Shown: positions 1-13,100 of the stretch, piece by piece
Layout: each line of letters starts with the position of its first letter
How positions within the stretch are numbered: position 1 is the first letter of the stretch
Notes under the pieces: model-generated
Databases searched by the model: none
The model's input: the letters and a program-made list of their open reading frames with translations, nothing else
What the model was told of the DNA's origin: nothing
DNA from: Chiloscyllium plagiosum
Taxonomy: Eukaryota
DNA: 64,000 nucleotides
NCBI RefSeq assembly: GCF_004010195.1
Contig: NC_057714.1
Coordinates: 27,207,192 to 27,271,191 of the forward strand
Reading direction: 5' to 3'
Translations under genes and position numbers: made by a program

Positions 1-453
1 TTCCTGTCCTCTATCACGGGGGTCTTAGACGACAGAACACGGGAGAGGCTGGACCAGCCGCTATCTCTGGATGAGCTGACCAAGGCCCTCGAGTCCTTCG
101 CAAAGAATAAAACTCCCGGAAGCGACGGCTTACTGGTCGAGCTCTATTCCGCTCTGTGGGACTTGATTGGCCAGGACCTGCTGGAGGTGTATGTCAGTAT
201 GCTTCGGGCAGGTACCATGAGTGAATCCATGAGGAAAGGCATCATCACCTTCATCTACAAGCGGAAGGGGGAGAGGGAGGAACTCAAAAATTGGAGACCA
301 ATCTCACTGCTGAATGCGGATTACAAAATTCTGTCAAAGGTAATCGCCAACCGGGTCAGATCTGCTCTGGGGTCGGTGATTTACCCTGACCAAACCTGTG
401 CTGTACCGGGCAGGAAGATTGCTGAGAGTCTCGCACTCCTCAGGGTTACGATC
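1..453 (+). mobile_element. Tx1/L1-clade non-LTR retrotransposon, RT N-terminal fragment (cut by window edge; 3'-truncated)
   Basis: Open frame from base 1: ...KNKTPGSDGL..E.Y...W...GIITFIYKRKGEREELKNWRPISLLNADYKILSKVIANR...PDQTCAVPGRKI, typical RT domains 0-2 of the L1/Tx1 clade; similarity stops abruptly near 453. Confidence 0.9.
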
Positions 454-881
454 ATTAGATGTTGGAGACAGAATAAATGAATAGTAACTGAGCCAGCCAA
501 TAATTATACTCAGTAAGATATCAGTAACCACAGGAAGCTATTGGCTCTCCCACAATTAAGTGGGCCTGACTGTCTTGCTACCTGTCATGACAGTTTACAT
601 TAAACCCAATCCGAGTGTTGAATAGGGATAGAGAAGGAGGATCTGGTGATACAGACACACCTATTACTAAAAGTAGTGAGGCAGATTCATAATGTCAGAA
701 AATGCAAGCAAAGAACTGGGATTAATTTTGAGAGAAGATAGAACTGGAAATCAGAGAATTTGGCTTAAACTTACATAGAAAATTGCATTAACAATACTCC
801 AAGTATTGCGAACAGTTCTGGTCTCCTTATTACAGAAATAGATAGAGGCATTTGTGCATCTTCAAAATAGATTGAAGAGGA

Positions 882-1980
882 CTGAAGAGTCCCTTTCTCA
901 CTGCAGACCCCAGGTCATCTCCTCTGCCCTGAAGCTCTTCGGCCACATCCTCAAACAGACTCGCTACCACAGCCACATCTCCTTCCTCAGCACCTGCATA
1001 CGGAACCAACTGACCCCGCACGGACTCCGGACTACTGTGTTTTGTTCAGACCAACAAAATTTGGACCCAATCAGGACAACCAGTACCTACAACAAATCCA
1101 AAGCCTCCAGCAACAGACCTCCCTCCGGATCCTNNNNNNNNNNNNNNNNNNCTACCCCAGCTCAGGACAACACTCTCACAGACCTGTAAAGGACCTCTAC
1201 TGTTCTTCATCCACAGAAGAATCCATACACTAAACAAACAGTTCTTCCTAGCCATATCGGAAATTAAAGACAGTAGTACCAAAAACTTTCATGTACTTAC
1301 CCTCACACTCTGGGTTCCTCAACTGTTCCGGTATCATCCATTGGCCTCCGGAACCGCTCAGGCACCATTACCCACGCGGCCGCTGCAGCAACCGCCACCG
1401 CGAACCATGACATCACTTCCGCCTCCACCGACCATGCAGCCTCTGCGATCGCTGCCCAGACAACCACCTCCACGATCGACATGAAGACCATCGCTGACAG
1501 AATCGCAGCCTCCGCGGGGTCCACAGCCACCGGGAACAACACCAATTCTGCCGTCGCCGCAGCCACGTCTGCCCCCGGAGTTGCCGTCACCGCATCTACT
1601 TCTGCCCCTAGTGACGTCACTCACCGCTATATTTTCACCAGCCCTCCAGACCTCCCCCTCTCTGAGGATGAAAGATCAGTCCTCAGCAGAGGCCTCACCA
1701 TCATCCCCCTACGCACCCGGATTAACGAGTTCAACACGCGGCGAGACAGCGAACAATTCTTCCGCCACCTTTACCTCCATGTCTACTTCTTCAACAAGGA
1801 CTCTCGCCCACCCTCTGACGACTCCTTCTCCCACCAGACCTTCCTCATTCCTGAAGAAAGGCTTATGCCCGAAACGTCGATTCTCCTGCTCCTTGGATGC
1901 TGCCTGACCTGCTGTGCTTTTCCAGCAACACATTTTTCAACTCTGATCTCCAGCATCTGCAGTCCTCACTTTCTCCTCCC
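882..1980 (+). mobile_element. Penelope-like element (family A), internally deleted: N-terminal ORF region joined directly to the terminal repeat (pLTR)
   Basis: HISFLSTCIRNQLTPHGL and PPDLPLSEDERSVLSRGLTIIP..INEFNTRRDSEQFFRHLYL match the PLE pre-RT region. At about 1840 it jumps to the same 3' repeat seen at 28651-28748. Candidate 9-bp TSD tgaagagga at 873-881 and 1981-1989. Confidence 0.8.
1847..1882 (+). ncRNA. Minimal hammerhead ribozyme motif (family A), stem II with one mismatch
   Basis: attc-CTGAAGA-a-aggc-ttat-gccc-GAAA-cgtc-gatt. Confidence 0.7.
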
Positions 1981-3689
1981 TGAAGAGGATGGTATCTGAC
2001 TTGAGGTGTTATTCCAATTGGAAAAGATTGAACAGACTCTATTTTGTAGAAAACACGAAGCTGATAACAGTTCGAAAGGATTTGATTTGGTAGAGGTAAA
2101 TAACATGCTATTGCATGTGGAACCAAAAATAAAAATGACATGGGAAAGTAGGTTAAAAATTCAGTGAGGGCTTCAGGGAAAATTTATTTAACTATATAGT
2201 GTTGACAATGTCAAATTCGGTAGCATAAAGAGTTGTTAAGGTAATAGCATGGAAGAATTCAAAGGGTTAGATAAAAAGGAAGCGAAAGGAATAAAATATG
2301 TTCATGCAGTGAGGTAAAGAAACGTGGGAGGAGGCTTCAATGCAGCATAAAACATGATGTTATTGTACCAAGTAGCCTTACTCTGTGTTGTAAATGCCTT
2401 TCATTTACTGTGCCGAGGGCTGAATTAGATAGGGCACTATAGTCCCTTCTCCACGAGCTAAAGTATTGGGGGAGCCCCTGCAGGGAATAGCAGCCCTGCA
2501 GTCAGTTAGCAGCTAACTGGCCATGAACAGGCTGGAGATGGGAAGTTTGCCCCGGATGGGACAGGAGGTCCTGCCGCAGACAGCTTCTGGCTAGTCAAAG
2601 CCTAGCAGTTCTTGATTTCCTAGAAGTGCCAGCAGGAATGCTGTTTACTGCATTCAGGTGGTGAAGGGGGTAAACTGTAATGGATTAGAATTTTGTAAAT
2701 GTTTGAGGGTCAATGAAGGGGATCAGTGAGTGGAGCGGGGACTGAGTTTGAGAGACTATGAGATAGACAAATATAAAAGGGTGGTTACTACTTGGGAATC
2801 TCCTCAAGGACCCAGTAGACCCATAAGTATAGGTCAGCCTTACTTATCACCATCTTGTGCAGGGAAATTTGCCATTATGGCCACTTGGCATGAGGCACTC
2901 ATGCTGTCAGTTAAATGGCATTGACAAGGAGAAAGGGCTGGTTGGTTGCTCAATAAGCAACCTCAATTGGCCATAAGCAGATGAGTCACTTGATGCCACC
3001 CTCATTGTTGGCATAAATACAATGGGGCAGGGTCAGTTAGGCTGGCTAATGTTGGATTTTATTTATCTTCCACCACCACCTTCACAGAATGTATACACTA
3101 AATCCAACACTACGTAACAAGAATGATTATTTCAGCATTCTTCAAGCAGGACTAAGGAATCACTAGTTAACTAAAACTATATCTTCTACTATAGTATCCT
3201 TTAAAGGCAGCTCATCGCAAGGTATAAAAGGTCAGAGTGCACACATTGGATGCTCGGCCCAAAGCATTTTTCAAAATCACTGTTAAATTCCTCAGCCACC
3301 AGGTCACATATTTAAACTGTTTCCCCACACACAAAATAGGAAGACATGCTCTGCAACCATTTTGAGGCACATTGGAGATCCACAATCCATGGGTCTTGGC
3401 TGTTGAAGCAGTGACCAAAATTCCTCCCCATCCTTTCTTCTGTCCATTTTGCATGGCTTTTGAGGAGGCAAGAGTGAAATGTTATTTTCAGTGTGCCAAA
3501 AACAGCCCTAATTATAACTTTGAATTTAAATAATCACACGTGGGTGTGTAATTGGAACCATTGAGTTATAACACAACCTGCAGATCTACCATATCATAAA
3601 CATTAACCCCTGTTTTTGGGCAGCCGCTTTTAATAAAGACTTTTTTATATCCATTTGCGCCTCCTCTAGAGCCAACACATTCTCTTTAT

Positions 3690-3890
3690 TAGAGTAAAGC
3701 ATTTTCTGGCTTTTGCCCCATTTCCTTTGATCCTTTTAGCTTTAAGAACTATGTCTGTCTCCTTGAAAATATTCAATATTTTGGCCTCAACCATTCTCTG
3801 CAGCAGAGAATTTCCAAGAATCACTATTTTCTGCGTGAAGAAATTGCTCCTCATCTCAGTTCTAAATGGCCTACCCAGTATCCTTAAACT
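3690..3890 (-). mobile_element. CR1/HER1-type LINE 3' fragment
   Basis: Minus-strand MRSNFFTQKIVILGNSLLQRMVEA resembles the CR1 ORF2 C-terminus (RNFFTQRVV..WNSLP). Confidence 0.7.
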
Positions 3891-4133
3891 TAAAACAGAA
3901 CAGTGCCCTTAAAATAGGAAGTATTTAACAAATCTAGCAGCATCTGTAGGAGATGATACATGATCAACATTTCAGACACGACAACCTTCACTATAACAAG
4001 CTTTCTGACAAACAATTAATGACGTGAAACTTTAATCATTGTTTCTTACACGTTCTTACCATCTTCTTCACTTTGCACTGTGACCTCTTTCATCCTTTAA
4101 TCTCTTCAGCTTTCCTCCTTATACTGTATAGCA

Positions 4134-4493
4134 GGGCAGCATGGTGGCTCAGTGGTTAGCACTCCTACCTCACAGCGCAAGGGACCCAGGTTTGATTCCA
4201 GCCTTGGGCGACTGTCTGTGTAGAGTTTGGATGTTCTCCTTGTGTCTGTGTGAAATTCGTTCAGGTGCTGTGGTATCTTCCCACAGCACAAAACATGTGC
4301 AGGTTAGGTGGATTGGCAATGGTAAATTATCGATCGTATGTAGGCTAGGTGGATTAGCCATGGAAATGCAGGGTTACCGGGATAGTGTAGGCGGATGAGT
4401 CTGAGTGGACTGCTCTTCAGAGGGTCGCTGTGGATTTGATGAGCTGACTGGCCTGCCCCCTCCCCCCCTCCCCCACACTGTAGTGATTCTGTG
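4134..4493 (+). mobile_element. HE1-type tRNA-derived SINE
   Basis: A box TGGCTCAGTGG, B box GGTTTGATTCC, conserved core gtgcaggttaggtggattggc, 3' tail cacactgtag.gattct. Confidence 0.9.
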
Positions 4494-4954
4494 AGCATCT
4501 TCTTTGGCTTTTTGTCCTCTCCTTCCTTTCTGTGTCTCTTTACTTGTTTAAGTACTGCAGTGTCCTAACTTGATTTACCATAATCTCTGTACCTGCTGAT
4601 CTACACTGGCTCTTAGTTCAGCAATATCTTTTTTTTTATACTCACCTTTGTTTCTAATGCCTCCATGGCCTTGCATTTGCCATCTAAGCAATTATCTCCA
4701 TGCCCACAATCCTCTGTCCTTCTCTACTTCCAGCCTTTTGAGCATCTCTGACTTCAGTCAGTCCACCAGTTAGCAGCTATGTCTTTGGCTGACAAGATCC
4801 TTGGCTCTACAATACTCACACAAAATCTTTTCACACCTTCTTTCCTCTTTTAAGGCAGTCACTAAAATGCACCCTTTTCATCAAGCTTTTAGTTATCTAC
4901 CAAAATATTTCATGTGATTTTTTTTGTAAATTTTGTTTCATAATGTTAAAGAAT

Positions 4955-5115
4955 TGTGGGTGCTGGAAATTTGAAAACAAAAGCAAGAAATTGCTGGAGA
5001 AACTCAGCAGGTCTGGCAACACCTGTGGAGAGAAAACAGAGTTAATGTTTTGGGTCCAGAAAGGTCCCAGATGTTACTTGATCTGCTGGGTGTTGCCAGC
5101 ACTTTTCTGTTTCGG
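4955..5115. repeat. Old PLE-terminal-repeat-derived imperfect hairpin
   Basis: agaaattgctggagaaactcagcaggtctggcaacacctgtgg is an imperfect inverted copy of ccagatgttacttgatctgctgggtgttgccagcacttttct; related to the family A pLTR. Confidence 0.55.
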
Positions 5116-7229
5116 TGACAAAATTGTTAGCTTTGACAATCAAGGCAATAAAACTTGTAAAATTGAATTGGGTCATTAAACATATGGAACGAATGTCAGG
5201 CAGATTTAAAATGCTTACATTTGACTATAAATTGCAAGAATGTAATCCTTATTCGACTATAATCTGGTTAAATGTTCAGACATTTGATGGTTTCTACATT
5301 TTTTCAGTTGGCTAAAGAGCAAATATTAAAAGATGTGATCCATTACATTGGCTATACACATATGAATCATTCTACATCTTTATCTGAATGACATCGTGAC
5401 TTTGTTTATTTATTATAAAGTTGGCTCCAGAACATAACAAATCTTCATCTTTCCCTCACTCCCATAAAATTGAAACATTAAAAACATACTTATGTGTTTT
5501 CTTCAAGACTCACAAGGTGTATTTTAACCTCAGTCTGCATGTTAGTTCTTTCATCGTAGACCTTTTACACAGCAGGTTTTGTTTAAGCAGTATGTACTTA
5601 CAGAATCATCACAAATATGGTGATATTGTTTTGCTTTAAAGTACTATATGTTTGAATAATCTAGATGTTAGGCCCCGTAACTCTCTGTTCCTTTGCTGTC
5701 AAAAAGTGCTTTGTTTAATACTGCCAGGTATCTCAGGGCTGATGATGCTCAATCATGTTTAGTGCCTTACTGTGGAAACCATTGAAACTCAAATGAGGTA
5801 ACAACTACGGGAAAAAGGTGCTTACAAAGATGTATAGCCAATTAGTTCTATTTATTTTAGGTTCCCTGAACTGGGGTAATTGTTTTTGATTGGTAGGTAA
5901 TTGAGCTGCTGGACATTGTCATAAAATGAGCGTCAAGGACACTGCAAAATTAAATAAATGAAAACAAATGGTAACAAAGATCTACAGTAATGGTAATCAT
6001 TTTAGACTATATTAATGTGCCATGTACAGCAAAAATGTTTTTAATGGGTGGTTCAGATTGCTGTTCTCCAAAAATAAAAATTACCAAAGAGCAGAATTGT
6101 TTTAGTGTTGGGTGAACCTCTCTTTGAGTTTCTTTTGAAAGGAACTAAAATAGTTTGGGATGAAAATTATTTTCATAATTACGTGACATGAAACACATCA
6201 TAGCAGAAATTTGATACACTTTATTTAAAAACTGAGGGACTATTATGGTTACAAAGACATAATGGGCTGCCATTTTCATGGCAAAAGAGCCAACATGTGC
6301 TAATAGTGGCTTCTGGCATTCTCATATTTGCATTGAGGTGTAGAAATTCAGACGTTGCTGTCAGTGATTCACCAATTCTCCACAGGGTTTGCTGATGAAG
6401 CCTTCACAGATGGAAACCATCTAAAAGTCAGTGAATTGATGGGAACTTGAAATACTCTATTATTCTCAGGGCGAAAACCCTTGAAAGAGTTTGCCTTTAG
6501 AATGAGATAGAACTGGTTTTTAACAGTGTATGAAGAAAATTATTACTAACAGACAACCTTACTGATCCTGAAACAAAAAAGTTATATTTGTTGGATACCT
6601 TTTTTTTTCCATTTCCCATAAATTGGAGCAAATTCTTTGAGTGGGTTCAATTCTCGAAATGAGGAGTTGGGCTGTTGATCAGAGTCTAGACCCAAGATAT
6701 GACTGAAGAGATTGCAAATTTATAAGGAGGGATGAGAGGCCTGTGGAGGGAACCAAGGCCTTGGAAGATAGGGTAGGATTCAAAGACCTGGAGTTGGGGA
6801 GGTTTTGCATGCCTGGAAGATGGATGATGTAAGTGTGCTGAAATGGATTACTGAAACAGGAGGGTCCAGAATAAATCAGAGACTCAGCAAAGAGTTCAGA
6901 GAGGAGGGGAGGTTGAAGGCCTCGCTAGGAAGGTCAAAGGGGAGGAATAGGTGGGGTGCCTAATCACAAGAGCTGCCCAAATAGACACATAGAATATGGC
7001 AGGAAAATGTAGAGCCACTAATCTCCTGCATCAGACATTCATTATATTCTTAGTTCTTATAAAGGTCATTGACTTCAAACACTTGGCCAAATCTTAGGTT
7101 TTTTGATTAAATCAAAAATGTGTTGAATTTATTGAAAAGACTTCCACTGCAATGTTTATCAAACTCACCTCATTCACAACCTATCACATCTCTATGGCAT
7201 CCGTCTCATTGAATCCCAGCCCCATTCTT

Positions 7230-7600
7230 TCACGTGCTGTTTCTAGAACAACCTGCCACTCTAATGGATGTTGCAGAATATACTTGCAACATTTGTGGCC
7301 ATGCCACTGTTAAAAGCCCATTCTTCTCCAGACAAGCATTGTGAGACTCCATCTGTCTTACATGTTTAATGACATATGTCCTAGATGAGAAAGGTTTGTC
7401 ACCCCACCTTGTGGACAGGAGCTGGATGGCCTGGTGGATGGCATTGTGCAGACATGGGCTTACCTTTTCCCAAAGGATCAGCAGTGAAGTTGGAAACACC
7501 AGACCATGTCAAACTGGTCTGTGGTTGCCTCTCAGTTTCATGATAGTTCTCTGAGACTGGCACATATCTAATGCCAATGTGCATAGATATGGATTGTGTG
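7230..7600 (-). mobile_element. Degenerate PIF/Harbinger transposase remnant
   Basis: Fragments HIGIR... and WGDKPFSSRTYVIKHVRQMESHN loosely match Harbinger DGTHVAIR and LGDKGYPL..WLMTP....YN motifs. Confidence 0.35.
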
Positions 7601-8689
7601 TGTTTTATGCCCTGAAATGTTGGTGCCCATGGAAGTTATTCAGAGCAAGCAGTGAGCTGTAATTGCCAGGTGCTCACTCTGTTTTCCATGCCAAGTTTTC
7701 TCGACATCTAGTTTGTTGATTGAATTTGGCAAATCAGAAAGGATAATGTTAATGAGGTGAGTTGGCTTGTTAATGAGGCATTTAATAAGCAATAATCCCT
7801 GTAAATTGGCAATTCAGTGCTGTCTAGCGGGAAACTCACCTTTCCGCTTGTGAAAGGCATGAAAGATAGGGATGCTCCTAATGTCGAGGTCAACCTCAAT
7901 TTGTTGTTTGATTTTGCAACAAAGCTCACCATAGCCCACATCCCTCAGAACACACTAAGATTCGATCCAACAACCCTGTTTCTGTCCACAGATTTGCCTG
8001 ACCTCTGAGTATTTCCAGAATTTTCTGTTTCCATTACTTCAAATGAGACCTTGCTCTCTCCTCACAATCTTTTCATCACCACAGCGATCACCTGAACCCA
8101 CCCAAAGTAAAAATCTCTCAGAATGACTAATATGTTGTCCTCATACGAATCCCAATCCCTCTGTGTTCTGAGACTTTAAACACTACTCCCCACTGCATCA
8201 GTCCCTTTGTCACAGAGCCCTGCTCCTCCCATTGGCTGGTGCCTGCTCCTAGCTACTATCTTCCAGTACAGGCTTTCTGCATGACACCAGCCACCCTCTC
8301 AATCTAAACAGCTGCCAGGCGGGAAGAGAAGAAATATAATCTAACTAAGCAGACCCATTAAATGGCGCAGGCCCTCTGATTTCTTCTGGGCCATTACATA
8401 AATTTTGGGGACTTTGTTATAGATATCACAACAACCAATAATGCAAATATTCCTAAGTGTTCACTAGAAGATATTTAAAGGAGGTGGGCTTTTTTGAAGT
8501 GCTTTCTACAATATCAGCATGGACTTTTTATTTCATATACTAAACTGTTTGGATTCCATCAAGACCAATGAGATTTCTTTATAGCCTTCGTCCAAACATG
8601 GACAAAAGTGCTCAATTCAAGAGTTGAAATGAAACTACGTGTACTTGATATTAAAACAATTTACTGAACATAGTGTCAAGGGACCCTTG

Positions 8690-9480
8690 CAAAGTTGAAG
8701 TAAATGAAAATCAGGGGGTAAATTCCCCCAAAGTTTGAATCATATCTAGCATAAAGGAAGTTGTGGTTGTTGGCGATTACTCATCCCAATCACAACACAT
8801 CACTGCAGGAGTTTAAGCCTATTATCAGCTGCTTCATCACTTTCTCTCTGCTGTAAGGTCAGAAGTGGGGCTGTTCCTTGGCGATTATGAAATATCCAGT
8901 AACATTCATAACTCCTCAGGTGCTGGAGCTGTCCTTGCCCAACTGCAATAAGCTCTGGATAATATTCAGGCTTGCATTGATAAACAGTATGCAACATTTG
9001 GTGACACAAGTACCTGACAATGACTGTTTCTCATGAGAGAGAATCTAATCATCCTCTCTTGATGTTTAATAGCAGTGCCACCGGTGAAACTCCTATTATC
9101 AACATCTTGTAGGCATACCATTGACCAGAAATTGAATTGGATTAGTCACATAAATACTGCAGTTACAAGATCAAGTCAAATGATAGCAGGTAACTCATTT
9201 TCTGACTTCCCAAACCCCATTCTACTATTTCGGTCATAAGTAAGAGGAATGAGTGTGGTCTACATGCCTTGATGAATTCACCTCCAGCAGCATTGAAAAA
9301 GCTTGAAAACATCCAAAACAATGTAGGCCGTTTGACCAGCACTTTATTCATTAACTTAAATGTTCACTTTCTCCATCATTGCCATAGAGTGACAGCAACA
9401 TATACCACCCACACACTGCTACGATTCACCAACGATTGTTTGACAACACTTTCTAAGTTTGCGATCTCCACTGCTTAAAA
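8690..9480 (+). mobile_element. Degenerate CR1/L2-type LINE RT and 3' fragment
   Basis: Decayed RT C-terminal motifs (MNSPPAALKKLENIQNNVGRL; HFLHHCHRVTA); related sequence at 44595-46440 and 53640-54195. Confidence 0.6.
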
Positions 9481-10064
9481 TGTCAAGAGTGGTCGACTTT
9501 TAATTTTTAGTCATAGCATGTGTGTATCACTGGCTATGCCAATATTTATTTTCCATTGCTAATTGTCAAAGGGATGTCAGGAATCAATCATGTTGCTGGG
9601 GTCTGGAGTCACATGTAGGCTAGATCAGGTCACATTCCTGGTACTTCCTTCCAAACAGCACACTAGCTGCATCTACACCACTGTAGCAGTCTGAGACGTT
9701 TGTTCACCCGCTTTTCCAAGGACAATAAAGATGGACAACAAATGTTGACCTTGCCTGTGCTATGCCCAGTCTACATGTGAGTTTCCCCAACTTGTTACTC
9801 TTCCAGAGGGAAGCCTCAAACTGTTAAGCAGCCTGTGAGACCGGGAGAACTGTCTCCCCTCTGTATTTCACCCACCCCTAGAGTTGGTCACAACAAGGTT
9901 GATTTTAAAAAGATCACTTCCCTCTTGGGTTTCTTTCTTCCAGCCAAAAATGTACTTAGATTTTAAGGAGAGCCAATTTAAGAAGGTTTTCTTGAATTAA
10001 TAATGAGTGAGTTTATTCAGAAGAAATCGTAACAGAGGAGTCATAAACACAGGTTAGAAATAAG

Positions 10065-10150
10065 TTAAAAATCACACAATGCCAGATTATAGCTAACTTT
10101 GATTTTTAACTTTGTACACCCCAGTCCAACACCGGCATCTCCAAATCATC
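10065..10150. mobile_element. Collapsed PLE family B pLTR hairpin insertion (ribozyme deleted)
   Basis: aagttaaaaatca (10062-10074) is inverted against tgatttttaactt (10100-10112); ends in the family B terminus ggcatctccaaatcat; 12-bp TSD gttagaaataag at 10053-10064 and 10151-10162. Confidence 0.8.
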
Positions 10151-13100
10151 GTTAGAAATAAGAAGTGTGTTCAAAAGATACAAGCTAAAGAAAATTTATA
10201 TGGATAAGTGTCTGAATTGTTCACAAAGAGTAAATAGTTGAACACTGTGGCCATGGAAGTGGATGTTACAAGTAGCATTGACATTAGCAGTTAAACATTT
10301 GATCTCAAGATTTCTGGCTTTGTAGATTGATTGAAACTCTTCTGTTCTGATTCCTTTTGGCAGTAGCTGACTGTCAGCTGAGAAAATATTAGATTTTTCC
10401 CTTTTTACCTACAGTGCAGGGGAATTTAAATGGCTGTTCTCATAAAAGTGACCATCACAGCATACATGCTCACACACTAGGACATGAAGTCAGTAACACA
10501 CAGACACAGGTCTGAAGTTTGTTTTTAACTCTTTCCTTATGTATGTTTGAAACTTGGAATCCCAAATTTGCCTCTTGCCCAGATTGCTGTCTTATTTTAA
10601 ACCGTCATGTTCACAGTCTGAAATACTCTCAGGAGATCAGGAGTGCAATTTGATTTTAATATTCTTGTTTTGAAGCTTCTTTGACAATTCATCAGGAAAT
10701 CCCAGAATCGCTGTCTCCAAATAGCCGCTGAATATACATCTTTTGGCTAACTGTCCTTTTAAGAAAGAGCATGTTATAATGAAAGTTTGAGCAATATGTG
10801 ATCCAGGGTTATGCTCCATCGACATGACACCTGCAATGCCTGCATTCTATGAATGAATCTTACAAATGGTGACTGGCAATAGAAGCTTGATAAAGCTATG
10901 CAATATGTCACATTTTATTATCCATTCTTCAGGAGAACATTTTGCCAAGACTGCTTGCTTTAAAATATCAAGATTATTTTACTACAGTTATTTGTTTTCC
11001 TTCCATTCACTCCACTGAATGTATTGATTTCACAGAGAGGGAATGACTACTGGGGAGTGAAATGTTACACTTCCAATCATTTAACCTGTATAGATACAAA
11101 TTTTCACAATGTCCTATGACAATTTAGAATGGCTAACTAATTCAGGAATGTATGGAGGGTTTTCTGCAAACATGAAATGCAGGTTCAAAGTTTGAAAGTA
11201 GCCTGTTTTCAAACGTGAAAAAGAAATATTGACACAGCTGTATATGTTATTAATCAGAAGTATACATATGTTATCAACAGGGCAGACCTTTTTGCTTCAT
11301 TATATATTGTCTGCCTCCTCGGCTGAGATATTGCATACAGCTGAATTATTTTAAATATAATATCATCGTTCCAAACACAATTTCTGTTTCAGTACGCAGT
11401 TCTCAAAATGCAGTTTAATCATTGGAATTTCTGTCTTTAAGCAGAACAAAACATGTTTTACATTACAGCCATCCGACACTGATGTATGTTTTCAATGTAA
11501 TTTTCTTACATATAAATTACTTTTTACTCTAATTCATTTTCTAATCTCTGGATTCAAGTTTCAAAAATATGATTAATAGGAGATGGCTTTAAAACCTTGC
11601 TTTCAAATTTTGAAGACAAGAAGCAGATAGTTATTGTGATTGATAAAATTGAAATGGCTCAATAGATGTTTACAAACATAAGTATCAGGAAAATACCTCA
11701 TATATTTAGATTGTCCCTCCTTCTATCTTCTCTGCCGTCTTGTCGAGTTTGCACTATTATTTGCTTCAGGTTTTGCTTTTAAATTCACCAACACCAAAAG
11801 CAATTCAAGGGATGACTTTAACCTGAATTCTGGCCAATAAACTTTGCTCCTGTGTTTTTAAGTACTGCAACTTATAAATATGTCAGCAGATAAAACTTAT
11901 CCATCACAGCATTTGTATTATCTCTTCATCTGGAGTTGCTAGCTGACACTTTAACTAGAAACAAGAGGAAATCCTACAGAGAGGACAAATTCTCTTCTTT
12001 CCCTCTTCCCTAATCCTTCCCTGCTACCCCCACTCTTATAAAATGTTTCAATTTAGGCCTTTTGGCCTCAGAGATCAGCAGCCCAGTAAAGAAAATAGAT
12101 TAAGACACTTGATAAATAGGAAGGAAATAATATTATCACAGCATGCCATCTGTAAGTGGACACCAGTGAAATGGGGAAATCTGTATGCAAATAGAAACTC
12201 AATTACAGGAAGATTTTCCACTTGTCACAAATAATTGTATCCCACTCAGCAACATTTGAAGTCCAACACAAGGGCAAGATTTACTTCTCTTGTTGACCAC
12301 ATACAGGAACTGGAGAGAACAGACTTTTTTTTGGGAAAGCTTTCTTTCTGGAGGAAGTTCCAGCATAAGTGATGTGTGAAAGTTTCTTCAATATTTATTT
12401 TCTTGAGGCTTCACTCATCCCTGATGTGATTCTTTCTCATTGTCTTTTTAATGAGTTATTTTGGGATAAATCTTTCTTTGATCATGATTGTTCGGGTTGT
12501 TGGTAAACTTCTTGATTCTAAGCCAGCCTTAAGCTTTACAGAATAAAGTATATACAGGAAGCTTTGAGCTGGGATATTCTTACTTAGAGAGAAATGCTGC
12601 CTCTTCAGAGAGTCAGCAGTTGGTTAAATGTTACACAGCGCAACTTACCAAGTACAGCATTTGACAGTACACACAAGGAAAAGTATTTGATCCTCCACTC
12701 TCTCACAGACCAATTGAACGTGCCCTGAGGCTAAGTGCTGAAAAGCTATGTCAGCCCATGTGAGTGGAGTCTGCAATCCCAACGCACTTTGGAGTAAAGC
12801 CAAGCATGAGTCCCCTCCCCCATTCACTTTGACAAACACATAACTGTGAATGCTACACGTGCAGCTATCTTATAAAAGAAATCACAAAGAAGATCACAAT
12901 AAGAAAGCCAAAGTCTCATAAAAGGTCAATTAAAGCAATGTAGTAGTAAGAGCTTTATGAAATAACTGTCCAAAAGAAAAGGAATATAAATTGACCGAAC
13001 TCCCCTAGGCCGAGGCTTTGAAGTTTCCGTGATACTGTTGCCATCTATAAAAGAGTTTATTTATAACCTGCATGGCTTACCTCTTTTCCCACCATATCAA

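Noticed and set aside
4134-4210. tRNA-like A and B boxes here and in other SINE heads
   Set aside because: They continue into the SINE core and tail, so they are not tRNA genes.
10637-10835. Acceptor-like ttgcag followed by a short minus-strand ORF
   Set aside because: No recognisable protein similarity or donor site; not supportable as an exon.
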